From an uncultured Candidatus Saccharibacteria bacterium (GTDB lineage: Bacteria > Patescibacteriota > Saccharimonadia > CAILAD01 > GCA-016700035), in contig CAZOVH010000002.1 in NCBI GenBank assembly GCA_964583675.1, forward strand, positions 2,602 through 66,601: a stretch of DNA of 64,000 nt. The letters run 5' to 3'. The position numbers were made by a program, and so were the translations under genes. Below the pieces are notes generated by a model, which made no database searches, was not told the DNA's origin, and worked only from the letters and a program-made list of their open reading frames with translations. Every line of letters begins with the position of its first letter. The first letter of the stretch is position 1. Positions 30,069 through 39,660 of this stretch are shown here, piece after piece.

Positions 30069-31095
30069 TCAGCCCGATAAGCAACCCCAAACAGCCCATA
30101 ATGGCGCCAATCACCCATAAGCGCATAGTTACCTTAGTTTCCGGCCAGCCAATGGCTTCTAGGTGATGATGGAGTGGTGCCGAACGGAATATTTTCCTAC
30201 CCAAAACCTTCTTAGAAAAAATCTGAATGGCACTCGAACCAGCCTCGAGCACAAATATCATCCCAATGATTGGCAATACAAACACCGAATCGGTTAGCAT
30301 CGCAATCACACCAAGCATCGCCCCGAGTGCCGTTGATCCGACCTGCCCCATAAAGAAGCGGGCAGGATAAATATTAAACCAAGTATAGGCCAAGACAGCG
30401 CCGACTACAGTCGCACAGAAGGCCGCCAGAGCGTAAAGCCCTGAGAAAAATGCAATGATAGCATACGAGCCGTAAGCGATTGAAAGAAGGCCGCCAGCTA
30501 GACCATCTAAGCCATCTGTAATTGAGACCGATTTTGCGGTTGAAAAGACAACTACCACAAATAACGGAACATACAGCCAGCCAATTGAAAAATCACCAAC
30601 GGCTGGAACATGCAAAATATCATAGCCTAACTTCACATAAAACCACCAGGCACACATCAGCGACAAAATAATCAGAGCCAAAGCCTGAGTCCGCGCCTTT
30701 AATCCGCCACTTCTGTTGGCAAAGCCAAGGATGTTCGAGAGGTCATCGACTAGCCCGAGCGCACCAAATAATGCCAATGAGGCGAGCGGCAACCAAGTCT
30801 CTGCACGATTCATATTCGCTGCGAGTGTAATAATAGCGACTGCGATGAGCACAATCGAGCCAGCCATAGTTGGGATATTACGCTTATGTTTTTCGGCATG
30901 GAGCTTAGCGAAAACTTTGGCTTTTTCCCCGGTCACTGTTTCGGTTCGCTGCTTTCGCCACCATTTATAACGAAATGCCAGGGTTGTAAAAATTGGTGTT
31001 GCTACCATAGCCAGTACAAAGCCGGCAAACGCGAAGCCGAGCACCGGTAAAAGAAGATTGGTCATTGAATCAAACTGCATAAGGTTACCTTTCAA
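30055..31095 (-). CDS. mraY: phospho-MurNAc-pentapeptide transferase
   Basis: PTMAG, GLVDD, TDGLDGL, PARFFMG, APLHHHLE. Confidence 0.95.
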   Translation of the reverse strand: MKGNLMQFDSMTNLLLPVLGFAFAGFVLAMVATPIFTTLAFRYKWWRKQRTETVTGEKAKVFAKLHAEKHKRNIPTMAGSIVLIAVAIITLAANMNRAETWLPLASLALFGALGLVDDLSNILGFANRSGGLKARTQALALIILSLMCAWWFYVKLGYDILHVPAVGDFSIGWLYVPLFVVVVFSTAKSVSITDGLDGLAGGLLSIAYGSYAIIAFFSGLYALAAFCATVVGAVLAYTWFNIYPARFFMGQVGSTALGAMLGVIAMLTDSVFVLPIIGMIFVLEAGSSAIQIFSKKVLGRKIFRSAPLHHHLEAIGWPETKVTMRLWVIGAIMGCLGLLIGLIARG

Positions 31096-31110
31096 GCGTC
31101 CATTATATCA

Positions 31111-32841
31111 CTAGCTCCCCGCCGGAGGCACCTGATAATAACTAAACAGCTGCTTTGCAATCTCAGCAAACGCCGGCACAGCACTACGTTCGGCGTACGT
31201 ATTGGTCTGCGGATAATCAACCCTCACCAGCATAATAAACTTGGGATCCCCTACAGGTGCAAAGCCGATAAACGTACCAATATTCTTGTTTTCTTCATAC
31301 CCTTGACCGTTTGCTTTCGGCACCTGGGCCGTTCCTGTTTTTCCGGCAATCTTATAGCCTGGCATGCGCGTTAAATAGCCCGAACCACCTTCCACTACAC
31401 CGATCATCATATTGGCCACCGTATCGGCGGTCTCTTCGCTCATAATTCTCTCGGTAGAAGGGCCCTTCCTCACCGCCTCGAGCTCACCATTTGGCAAAAC
31501 TTTTTTTGCCAGGACGTGAGGCTCAACTTTTGTACCACCATTCGCTATTGAGGCCACCGCAGTAATCATCTGTAAGCTGGTTGTAGCGATACCTTGGCCA
31601 AACGTCATGTTGGCGTAATCAATGTCTGCAGCCTTGGTATCTTTTACTTTGCCTGCCGCTTCACCCGCGAGTTCCACGCCAGTTTTTTGTCCAAAACCAA
31701 ATTTCTGGATACCGGCGTAAAGCATCTCTTTGCCGGCCTTTGTAATTTCGTTTGGATTCCCACCCATTAGTTTCAATATGTACACCATGCCAGTATTAAT
31801 GGAGTTTTTTATGACCAACGACATATCAACCTGCCCAAACTTTTTCTTGTCGGCATTATGAATAGTGTATTCACCAATCACCACTTCGCCCGTATCGTTA
31901 AAGCCGGTATTTGCCTCAACCTTGTCATTTTCTATACCAATCGACATGGTGAGCGGCTTGAAACCTGAACCTGGTTCAAATTGACTCGAAACCGCGCTAT
32001 TAATAAAGCTTGCATAATTCTCCGGCTTCACCTGAGCATAGTTATTCGGATCATAGTCTGGTGTGTTCACTAATGCCTTAATCGCACCAGTGTAAGGGTC
32101 CATTACAATCACACTACCACTGGCCGCCTTATTGTCGTCTACAGCTTTCTTGAGCGCTTTTTCGGCGATACCCTGAATGTAGCGGTCTACAGTTAGTACG
32201 TACGAGGTGCCGTTGCGCGGCTCCTCGATAATATTATCTTGTGTCGAGAGCGGCACGCCCTGACTATCTGTAATCGCCTTAAGCTGCCCGTTGCGGCCGG
32301 AAAGATCTGCATTAAGGTATTCCTCAAGGCCGTATTGCCCCCTACCATCACTGTTTACGTACCCAGTCAGGTGACCAAACAATGCCCCCTCTGGATAGGC
32401 CCGGTAATCACGATCACTCAACACTACTCCCCTAATTTTCGCTTCGATGATTCTTTTTGCGAGGTCTTTATCTATTTGCTGCTTGAGTTCAACATAGCGA
32501 TTCTTGCCAGTATACGTAAGTTTTTTTTCAAGATCAGTTTGATTTGCCCCCAAAAGAGGTGCCAGCTTTTCAGCGGCCTCCTTCGGATTCTCAATAAGCT
32601 GGGGATCTGCGTACATGTACTTTAGGGAGTTGTTTAACGCTACCGGATATAGTTCACCATTCTCTTCAACATACAGCTCACCCCGACTAGCTGGTATTTC
32701 AAATTGTCGAGATTGCTGAGCCGAGGCTTTTTCGGCATAAAAATTGTGCTTAAAAATCTGTACCGTCACCAAACGGCCAAAGATGATAATTGCTGGCAAC
32801 AAAAATACTCCGGCTAAGACATAGAGCCGGATATTGCTCAT
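31111..32841 (-). CDS. ftsI: class B penicillin-binding protein (FtsI/PBP2 family)
   Basis: RAYPEG, GLEEY, EPGSGFK, SIN, KTGTAQ. Confidence 0.9.
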   Translation of the reverse strand: MSNIRLYVLAGVFLLPAIIIFGRLVTVQIFKHNFYAEKASAQQSRQFEIPASRGELYVEENGELYPVALNNSLKYMYADPQLIENPKEAAEKLAPLLGANQTDLEKKLTYTGKNRYVELKQQIDKDLAKRIIEAKIRGVVLSDRDYRAYPEGALFGHLTGYVNSDGRGQYGLEEYLNADLSGRNGQLKAITDSQGVPLSTQDNIIEEPRNGTSYVLTVDRYIQGIAEKALKKAVDDNKAASGSVIVMDPYTGAIKALVNTPDYDPNNYAQVKPENYASFINSAVSSQFEPGSGFKPLTMSIGIENDKVEANTGFNDTGEVVIGEYTIHNADKKKFGQVDMSLVIKNSINTGMVYILKLMGGNPNEITKAGKEMLYAGIQKFGFGQKTGVELAGEAAGKVKDTKAADIDYANMTFGQGIATTSLQMITAVASIANGGTKVEPHVLAKKVLPNGELEAVRKGPSTERIMSEETADTVANMMIGVVEGGSGYLTRMPGYKIAGKTGTAQVPKANGQGYEENKNIGTFIGFAPVGDPKFIMLVRVDYPQTNTYAERSAVPAFAEIAKQLFSYYQVPPAGS

Positions 32842-32915
32842 TCCATAAACGACAGTACGTTGTCGTGTGCTGCGCAGTACACCCTCCTAAGAAATACTTC
32901 TAAAAGTTAAAAATG

Positions 32916-33239
32916 CTAACGCTGTGCGTAACTTACATTTTGCACTGGTGTCATGGCTTGTGCAACCTGTGAGTTACGTGCCTCAGCAATAGACTGTAAA
33001 CGAGCGGCATCAATACGGAGCTGCTCCTTCTCTGCCTGAAGAGAATTTCGCTTCGCTTCCAGGGTAGAAAGACGATAATTAAGAGTCGAAGATTTAGATA
33101 CTTGATTGAGATACAAAAGTGAGAGCAGCACCACAAGTGCAATCAACATAAATGAAACAGATATCGGTCCAGCCTGCACACGAGCTTCAACGCGAGTAAG
33201 ATTTTGATTGCGCACTAATCGAGAAGTACTTGGGTACAT
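32916..33239 (-). CDS. ftsL: cell division protein FtsL-like
   Basis: TM plus coiled coil, located between rsmH and ftsI, AAGGAG RBS. Confidence 0.8.
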   Translation of the reverse strand: MYPSTSRLVRNQNLTRVEARVQAGPISVSFMLIALVVLLSLLYLNQVSKSSTLNYRLSTLEAKRNSLQAEKEQLRIDAARLQSIAEARNSQVAQAMTPVQNVSYAQR

Positions 33240-33324
33240 GTAGTCTCCTTTTTGTATTTTTGGTGTGTTTTTGTGTTTGTTTTTTAGAATACAGTGAATC
33301 AGGGCTGTTACACCCTGATTGCAA

Positions 33325-33390
33325 TTATTTGATTACGCGAACCTTGAGTCGGGTAGCGCGTGGGCTCATATTTCGTACTGATACGGTCAT
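33325..33390 (-). CDS. candidate 21-aa basic micropeptide
   Basis: MTVSVRNMSPRATRLKVRVIK with AAGGAGG RBS and A-rich leader. Confidence 0.5.
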   Translation of the reverse strand: MTVSVRNMSPRATRLKVRVIK

Positions 33391-33409
33391 AAGACCTCCT
33401 TTTTTTGTG

Positions 33410-34318
33410 TTATTTTTTCTTTTCGACGGCTCGGAGCTTTGCACTCCGGGCGCGTGGATTGTAATCAATCTCATTGGGTGCCGCAGTGAGCGGCTTTTTG
33501 GTAACCAAGCTAAACTGTGATTCCTGTAATGCTTGTCCTGTAATAGTATCGCATATATCACGCGTAATGTCACGCATTTTTCGCTTAATTATGCGATCTT
33601 CTAGCGAGTGAAAGCTAACTACTGCCAATCTCCCGCCCGGGGCTAAGGCCTCCAATGCAGCATCGAGCATCGCATCGATTACTTCTAGTTCGCGATTGAC
33701 GGAAATTCGCAGGGCTTGGAAGGTGCGGGTAGCAGGATCAATCCGATGGTAACCCTTGGGATACTGAGCTCTTACAATGTCAGCTAACTGCAGTGTTGTT
33801 TGGATTGATTGAGTCGCCCGCGTCTGAACAATTGCCCGTGCAATGTGGCGAGAGCGCTTCTCTTCTCCATAACGCCAGAGCAGATCGGCGATATCTCGCT
33901 CATCTAGCTCAGCAAGTAATTCTGCAGCTGTCTGCCCTTTGGTTTGATCCATGCGCATATCCAGCGGAGCATCTTGTTGAAACGAGAAACCCCGTTCGCT
34001 GTCATCTAGTTGCGCACTACTCACACCAAGATCGGCCAAAACCATATTTGGACTCGGAATACTCTTCCAGTCAATGTCCGCAAAGTTTGAGCGGTATACA
34101 TGGACACGAGCATCACCTTTGAAGCTATTATGGAGTGCTTGGAGAGCTACTTGATCTTGGTCCACAAGATAGGCCTGCCCTTTCGGGCCAAGCTTATCAA
34201 GCACCAAACTAGCGTGCCCACCGAATCCCGCCGTTAAATCAACGTAGGTATCGCTTTCAGTCGGTTTCAGTACTTCCAAGACTTCTTGCTGCAATACAGG
34301 AATGTGTCGCTGTGTCAT
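33410..34318 (-). CDS. rsmH: 16S rRNA m4C1402 methyltransferase
   Basis: HIPVL, DLTAGFGGH, DLGVSS, PLDMRM, SFHSLEDR, NPRARSAKLR. Confidence 0.97.
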   Translation of the reverse strand: MTQRHIPVLQQEVLEVLKPTESDTYVDLTAGFGGHASLVLDKLGPKGQAYLVDQDQVALQALHNSFKGDARVHVYRSNFADIDWKSIPSPNMVLADLGVSSAQLDDSERGFSFQQDAPLDMRMDQTKGQTAAELLAELDERDIADLLWRYGEEKRSRHIARAIVQTRATQSIQTTLQLADIVRAQYPKGYHRIDPATRTFQALRISVNRELEVIDAMLDAALEALAPGGRLAVVSFHSLEDRIIKRKMRDITRDICDTITGQALQESQFSLVTKKPLTAAPNEIDYNPRARSAKLRAVEKKK

Positions 34319-34369
34319 GATGTCAAGGTTACCTATTTAGCAGCCAACTGTCTATATGTGTTTTTATTT

Positions 34370-34480
34370 TTGAAAGTTGTGAGGTGTGTTCCACTAATTT
34401 AGTGGATGTGGCAAGGACCAGTCATGTGATTAGTCCTTGTTTTGAACTGTATGTTCAAAGAGTTGAAAGTTTGTGAGGTG
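34370..34480. repeat. direct repeat pair and hairpins in the mraZ-rsmH spacer
   Basis: TTGAAAGTT(T)GTGAGGTG at 34370-34386 and 34463-34480 bracketing three hairpins. Confidence 0.75.
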
Positions 34481-34633
34481 GAGTTTTTGAAAAACAAGAA
34501 TGTACATGTCTCTATTTGGATACGCCGAGACGACTGAAAGCGCCGTTGACTGCCAAATAGCTAACCTGATTTTTATTTTTATGTCTATTTCAAAGTTCTG
34601 ATTTGAATTGTCTCAAATCCCCTCATCTAGATG

Positions 34634-34993
34634 CTACTTAGCCGTAATGCGAAAGTAGCGACCAGCGCGGACAGCGACAATATCGCGACCTATGCCGGCA
34701 TAAGCCAGATGATGGGGTTCGAGAGTAATGCGGCCTTGCTTAGAATCAAGCTTGGCTTCTACTCGACCAGTACGGAATTTTACATTGAGATCGGCAATTC
34801 TCTCATCGAGAATGTCACCGCGCAATGCTTGCTCCATTTCCTGATCCCAAATCTTTTTTGGATACACGTGAAGGTACTGACCAAAGCCCCGGGTTATTAC
34901 CACTTCCCCGCCAAACTCTTCGTGTAAAGCTGTCGGGATTGTGAGTCGGTTCTTGGTGTCAAGGCGTCGTTCGAAGTAATCCATGGGTCCCAT
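34634..34993 (-). CDS. mraZ: transcriptional regulator MraZ (short form)
   Basis: LDTKNRLTIP and LDSKQGRITL SpoVT/AbrB repeats; first gene of dcw; GAGGAG RBS. Confidence 0.9.
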   Translation of the reverse strand: MGPMDYFERRLDTKNRLTIPTALHEEFGGEVVITRGFGQYLHVYPKKIWDQEMEQALRGDILDERIADLNVKFRTGRVEAKLDSKQGRITLEPHHLAYAGIGRDIVAVRAGRYFRITAK

Positions 34994-35035
34994 TGTGCTC
35001 CTCGTCATTTGCGTTGTGTGAAGCAGTATCACACT

Positions 35036-35111
35036 TACCCACTACCATAACTATATTACCCACAAATACCCACGTCAACACATTTACATAAGTTTTTTGG
35101 TGTTATCCACA
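35036..35111 (-). promoter_or_regulatory. dcw promoter with MraZ boxes and a DnaA box
   Basis: TTGACG-17-TATAGT; GTGGGTA at 35036, 35057 and 35067; TTATCCACA at 35103-35111. Confidence 0.8.
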
Positions 35112-35140
35112 AGAATATGTAATACTAGAGCGTAACAACC

Positions 35141-35656
35141 ATGCCTCGACACAAAAAACACCGTGCAAAACAGAAAATTAGATCAAATTACATACGATCA
35201 AGTTTTTTTGGTATCGAAGACAGCCTGGTCTCCACCACAGGCCTCATTGCCGGGATCTCAGTAGGTACCCAGGAAGTTCGGTTCATCTTGCTAGCTGGAT
35301 TCGTGGCTGTGGCAGTTGAGGCAATCTCGATGGCCGCCGGAGAATTTTTATCTGAAGAGACTGAGCAAGATTTAAACAGATCAAAACAACACTCCAACCC
35401 GATAATTGGTGGTGCGATTATGTTTGTGTCCTATTTTGCAGCCGGCATGATCCCAATATTACCGATTCTATTCTTCCCCATAAATTACGCTATATACGTT
35501 TCGATGGCAGCAGCGCTCGTGGGCCTTTTCCTATTAGGCCTCATGAAAGGTGCTCTAACAAAACGCAATATACTTAAAAGCGGTATACAAGTACTGGTAG
35601 TTGGTGGAACTGCCGCGCTCATTGGGGCAGCGGTTGGTATCTTCTTTAAAGTTTAG
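35141..35656 (+). CDS. VIT1/CCC1 family Fe/Mn transporter
   Basis: FGIEDSLVST, AISMAAGEFLS, five TMs. Confidence 0.9.
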   Translation: MPRHKKHRAKQKIRSNYIRSSFFGIEDSLVSTTGLIAGISVGTQEVRFILLAGFVAVAVEAISMAAGEFLSEETEQDLNRSKQHSNPIIGGAIMFVSYFAAGMIPILPILFFPINYAIYVSMAAALVGLFLLGLMKGALTKRNILKSGIQVLVVGGTAALIGAAVGIFFKV

Positions 35657-37027
35657 CTAGTTTTCGCGGTAAAATTTTTCAATATAGCTAGTGAGCTCAC
35701 TGATTGAGACACGCTCTTGGCTCATACTGTCGCGCTCACGAACCGTTACAGCCTTATCTTCAAGAGATTCAAAATCTACCGTCACACACAGTGGCGTGCC
35801 AATTTCATCCTGCCGACGATAGCGGCGACCGATCGACTGAGTATCGTCATATTCACAGCGCCAACTATCGGCAAGCTGACTAAATACTTCTTGTGCCAAG
35901 CCTGATAGTTCTGGCTTTTTCGAGAGTGGTAAGACCGCCACCTTAATTGGCGCGATGCTTGGCTTAAGACGCAACACCACGCGCGTATCACCATTCACCT
36001 CTTCTTCGCTATAGGCATCTGTGAGTGCAGCAATAAATAAGCGTCCGACGCCCATTGATGACTCAATTACGTTAGGCACGTAGCGCTCACCAGTCTCCTG
36101 GTTAAAGAACGTCAGATCTTTACCACTCGCTGCCATGTGCGCCTTCAGGTCGTGGTCGGTGCGATCATGTATACCTGCCAGCTCCTTAGAACCATGTGGA
36201 AATGCAAAGTACACATCGTGAGCTGCAGCCGCGTAATGAGCGCGCTCATCCTCATCGTGCTCATGCCAATCCAGACTCGATTCCTGCAAACCAACATCTT
36301 CGAGCAAAAAATTGCGTGTGGTAGTGCGCCAGTTCTCATATTCTTCCTTGCGTGTATCTGGCGCAATAAAATACTGCATCTCCATCTGCTCCAATTCGCG
36401 CACTCGAAAAATAAAGTCACGCGGGGTGATTTCATTGCGAAACGCCTTTCCTATTTGCGCAATACCAAAAGGAATCTTTGCACGTGTAGTCTCACGTACA
36501 GTTTCATAATTTACATAGATTCCACCAGCAGTTTCTGGTCTGAGATAAGCTCTAGTAGAGTCATCCACCACTGCTCCTAAATGGGTTGTGAGCATCATAT
36601 TAAATTGTCGGGGTGGTGTAAAAGAGTCCTTTTTGCCGCAATTCGGACATGCCTTTCCCTCTAGTAACTTGGCGAGTTCATCCAGGTTGGTCGAATCAAC
36701 TCCAGCGACGTGATCTGCACGGAAACGATGTTTACAGGCCCTGCAATCAATCATTGGGTCTACAAACCCTGCCACATGACCGCTCGCCTCCCACAGCTTA
36801 GGATGCTGGATAATCGCACTGTCGAGCCCATGAATATTGGCGTGGCGATTCACAAACGCCTTCCACCAAGCACCCTTTAAATTGTTAACCAGCTCCACGC
36901 CGTACGGTCCATAATCCCAAAAACCAGCTAGGCCTCCATAAATCTCACTTGCCTGAAAAACGAAGCCCCGTCGCTTCGCAAAACTGGTGATTTCTTCTAA
37001 TGTGAGTCGCTGGTTTTTTTCTGCCAT
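35657..37027 (-). CDS. glyS: glycine--tRNA ligase, homodimeric type
   Basis: SEIYGG, YLRPETA, GKAFRNEITP, EQMEM, SIGRRYRRQDEIGTP. Confidence 0.95.
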   Translation of the reverse strand: MAEKNQRLTLEEITSFAKRRGFVFQASEIYGGLAGFWDYGPYGVELVNNLKGAWWKAFVNRHANIHGLDSAIIQHPKLWEASGHVAGFVDPMIDCRACKHRFRADHVAGVDSTNLDELAKLLEGKACPNCGKKDSFTPPRQFNMMLTTHLGAVVDDSTRAYLRPETAGGIYVNYETVRETTRAKIPFGIAQIGKAFRNEITPRDFIFRVRELEQMEMQYFIAPDTRKEEYENWRTTTRNFLLEDVGLQESSLDWHEHDEDERAHYAAAAHDVYFAFPHGSKELAGIHDRTDHDLKAHMAASGKDLTFFNQETGERYVPNVIESSMGVGRLFIAALTDAYSEEEVNGDTRVVLRLKPSIAPIKVAVLPLSKKPELSGLAQEVFSQLADSWRCEYDDTQSIGRRYRRQDEIGTPLCVTVDFESLEDKAVTVRERDSMSQERVSISELTSYIEKFYREN

Positions 37028-37058
37028 AATGCGACTTATTATATCAGATTTTCCAGAT

Positions 37059-37763
37059 TTAGAAACCAGTCAGTGAGCGTGAGCGCAGTCGTTCAACACC
37101 TGTTTGCATGCTCCAAAAAGCCTGAACAATCGGCTCTAACTCAACCAAAGGCTCCTCTACCCCGTTAATCTGCACCAACTGCTCAATTCCATAGTCACGA
37201 CAGACTCGCCACAGCTTAACAGCTGCCGCACTCAACTCAACGCCATCGGAGCTACTAAAAACTCCTTCCCGCATCTGCAGGTAGCGCAAGTCTGGTTGCA
37301 GGACTGGAGATATGCCCTGATTATGCAGATTCTTAATCAGGGCCGTTACCCAAACTAGCCGCCGCACGTTCGCATCTTGAGGATGAGCCGACATAATACC
37401 AAGTGCAGCGCGCAAAAACCCATACCAGGATGGCTCGGAGCTGTGCTCGGCCAATGTTTTTTCGGTGACCTCCAAAATACCCTGCGCGGCTACTAGTGCA
37501 TCATAATCATGCATGAGAGGCTCATGTGGCTCGAGTAACGTCGCGCCAGTCACTACTGATAAGCCCTTTGATTCAACGCACTGTAGCTCTACCTCCATAG
37601 TTGGCTCCAACATACCTCGCAGCTTGGCTTGCGGTTTCCGTACGCCCCGAGCTGAAACGGCTTCGCGTCCGCGATCTTCAAAAAAAACGCGCAAAATCCT
37701 ATCGGCTTCACCAACATCACGACGCGACAATATAATTGCCCTGCCTCGAAAATGCCCCTTCAT
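37059..37763 (-). CDS. recO: DNA repair protein RecO
   Basis: IILSRRDVGEADRIL, ARGVRKPQAKL; upstream of glyS. Confidence 0.88.
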   Translation of the reverse strand: MKGHFRGRAIILSRRDVGEADRILRVFFEDRGREAVSARGVRKPQAKLRGMLEPTMEVELQCVESKGLSVVTGATLLEPHEPLMHDYDALVAAQGILEVTEKTLAEHSSEPSWYGFLRAALGIMSAHPQDANVRRLVWVTALIKNLHNQGISPVLQPDLRYLQMREGVFSSSDGVELSAAAVKLWRVCRDYGIEQLVQINGVEEPLVELEPIVQAFWSMQTGVERLRSRSLTGF

Positions 37764-38152
37764 GGGGTCGTTAAGCTGTAATTTACAGCCGCGATTAACT
37801 CATCTGGTGTGGATTTTTGTTTTACTAAATAGGCTCGCACACCCAATGTCTGCTGCAAACTTTGATACAAACCAATGTCTGCAGCCTCCAATACTGTTAA
37901 TAAAATAATCGGCTTAGCATTACTCTGCGTGCGTACACGGATATCTTTTAAAAGCTTGAGTCCGTTTTTGCCAGGCAAGAGTACTTCCGAAACCACTGCA
38001 TCTATCTCGAGCGCATCTAATTGAGCTAACGCCGCACTAGCACCATCTGCATGCGCTATCTCATATCCAGCCGCTTCTAGGGCTCTCGCATACACGGTGC
38101 GGAAGATCTCATCCTCATCAACAAGCAGTACCGTAGGTTTTTTCATCCTCAC
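37760..38152 (-). CDS. atypical single-domain response regulator
   Basis: VLLVDED, SEVLLPGKNG (Glu at the phospho-Asp position), LT, YLVK. Confidence 0.88.
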   Translation of the reverse strand: MRMKKPTVLLVDEDEIFRTVYARALEAAGYEIAHADGASAALAQLDALEIDAVVSEVLLPGKNGLKLLKDIRVRTQSNAKPIILLTVLEAADIGLYQSLQQTLGVRAYLVKQKSTPDELIAAVNYSLTTP

Positions 38153-38180
38153 TATTGTATCACTGGCAGCTTAGATCTCC

Positions 38181-38795
38181 TTAAAATGGCATTTTCAGCT
38201 GACGGAAAATTTGAAAATGCATATGTATAGCCGTACCAACCACCACAATCCGCACGCCTGCCGAATGTCCTCGACGAGCTAAAATATAGCCCCGTATTGC
38301 TGCCAGTGATGGCTGCCTAGCCGCGGCGAATAACGCATGACGGCTACCGGCAATCGTCAATTCGCTCGGCAATTCATCACCGCCCCGTAATGAGACGATG
38401 AGCTCTTCCCCACGCCTCCGGAAACCCACACTACAGCGTGCTACATGCATTACTGCACGGATTTCACGCAATAATTCGAGCTGAACTCGAGCATTACCCT
38501 GAACATATGGAAGCCGTTTTTTTCGCTGAATAATTACATCTGGATCGCGCTGTAGCTCCTGCATAAGTAGTCCCCAACTATGGTTCTGCTCTGTACTACG
38601 AAATCCAAAATCTTCATAGTCACAATAGAGCTCCCGTGAGACATCCGCTACCGACATGTAGTTCTGTGCGGCGCGGTATGAAAGCTCTACATCACGCAAC
38701 TGCAAGGCTGCCTCCATTGCAGCCAGCCCAGACTGTAGCTGCGCTGAAACATAACCAACTAGCACTTTTTTTGCACGCTCTTCATCACCCACCAT
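38181..38795 (-). CDS. hypothetical protein, possible degenerate histidine kinase
   Basis: Helical N-terminus, LPYVQGN..QLELLREI, HATPase-like spacing without H/N/G boxes; adjacent to the receiver gene. Confidence 0.5.
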   Translation of the reverse strand: MVGDEERAKKVLVGYVSAQLQSGLAAMEAALQLRDVELSYRAAQNYMSVADVSRELYCDYEDFGFRSTEQNHSWGLLMQELQRDPDVIIQRKKRLPYVQGNARVQLELLREIRAVMHVARCSVGFRRRGEELIVSLRGGDELPSELTIAGSRHALFAAARQPSLAAIRGYILARRGHSAGVRIVVVGTAIHMHFQIFRQLKMPF

Positions 38796-38855
38796 ATGTT
38801 TTAGCTTACCTGCGGCATGAGGCTGGCGGCAAGCATGTACTACTTTTAGCAGTAA

Positions 38856-39626
38856 CTATGGGAGAATAACGCTATTGAGGGTGTTTTTATAGGCTTCATA
38901 CAGTGTGGTATTTTCATTGCTATCAGCCTTAAAGAGGATTGTCTTATCTAGATATTTCACCAAGACGAGAGTGCCTACCTTCTCTGCTCGATCGATTTTT
39001 CCAACGTAGCGCACAGCGTCTCGATCAGAAACTTTAATTTCTTCGCTCGACTCAATACCATTACGTTTTTCTTTAGCATCACGATCATACTTCTCGCGTG
39101 CCTTTGTAAATAATTCATCCCGCACCGTCACTCGAATTGCCAGTTCTTTAGCATTTGTATCTACTTTGTCTGGATGTGCCAAAAGTATAAGCTGGTCTTT
39201 ACCGTTCTTTGACGTAGATATACTAAAGCTCTTCGGTATACGCATCTGAAATGCGCCGAGTTCTTCTGGAGCTATATAATCACGAGTATCGCTCAAACTG
39301 GCCTTAATGGCTTCGTCTTCATCTTTCTTCTTTTGTTCTTCAGCCCCAACACCGTAGCCTTCATCATACTTTTTTGAGTTTGCAACTGAAGCATTCGCAT
39401 AGAGGACGCCAAACGTAATTGCCGCAATCAGCGCTACAGAACCGAGACCAATCACGATGTAGAGAAGTGTCTTGGTGCGCTTATACTTATCTTCGGTTGT
39501 TTTGAGGTTATTCTGCACCTTCTGCTGTTCAGCAGCGGCCACTCCCGCACCAAAGCCAGTCGGCGCAACATTTTGTGGCTGTTGCGCAGGCTGAGGCTCT
39601 GGTTGCTGTGGTGTGGTCGGCGGCAT
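38856..39626 (-). CDS. membrane-anchored extracytoplasmic protein
   Basis: P/Q-rich N-terminus, one TM, coiled coil, PsbP-like alpha/beta C-terminus. Confidence 0.75.
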   Translation of the reverse strand: MPPTTPQQPEPQPAQQPQNVAPTGFGAGVAAAEQQKVQNNLKTTEDKYKRTKTLLYIVIGLGSVALIAAITFGVLYANASVANSKKYDEGYGVGAEEQKKKDEDEAIKASLSDTRDYIAPEELGAFQMRIPKSFSISTSKNGKDQLILLAHPDKVDTNAKELAIRVTVRDELFTKAREKYDRDAKEKRNGIESSEEIKVSDRDAVRYVGKIDRAEKVGTLVLVKYLDKTILFKADSNENTTLYEAYKNTLNSVILP

Positions 39627-39660
39627 CTATCTCTAAACTTCTTATGCTAGCTAGTATACC

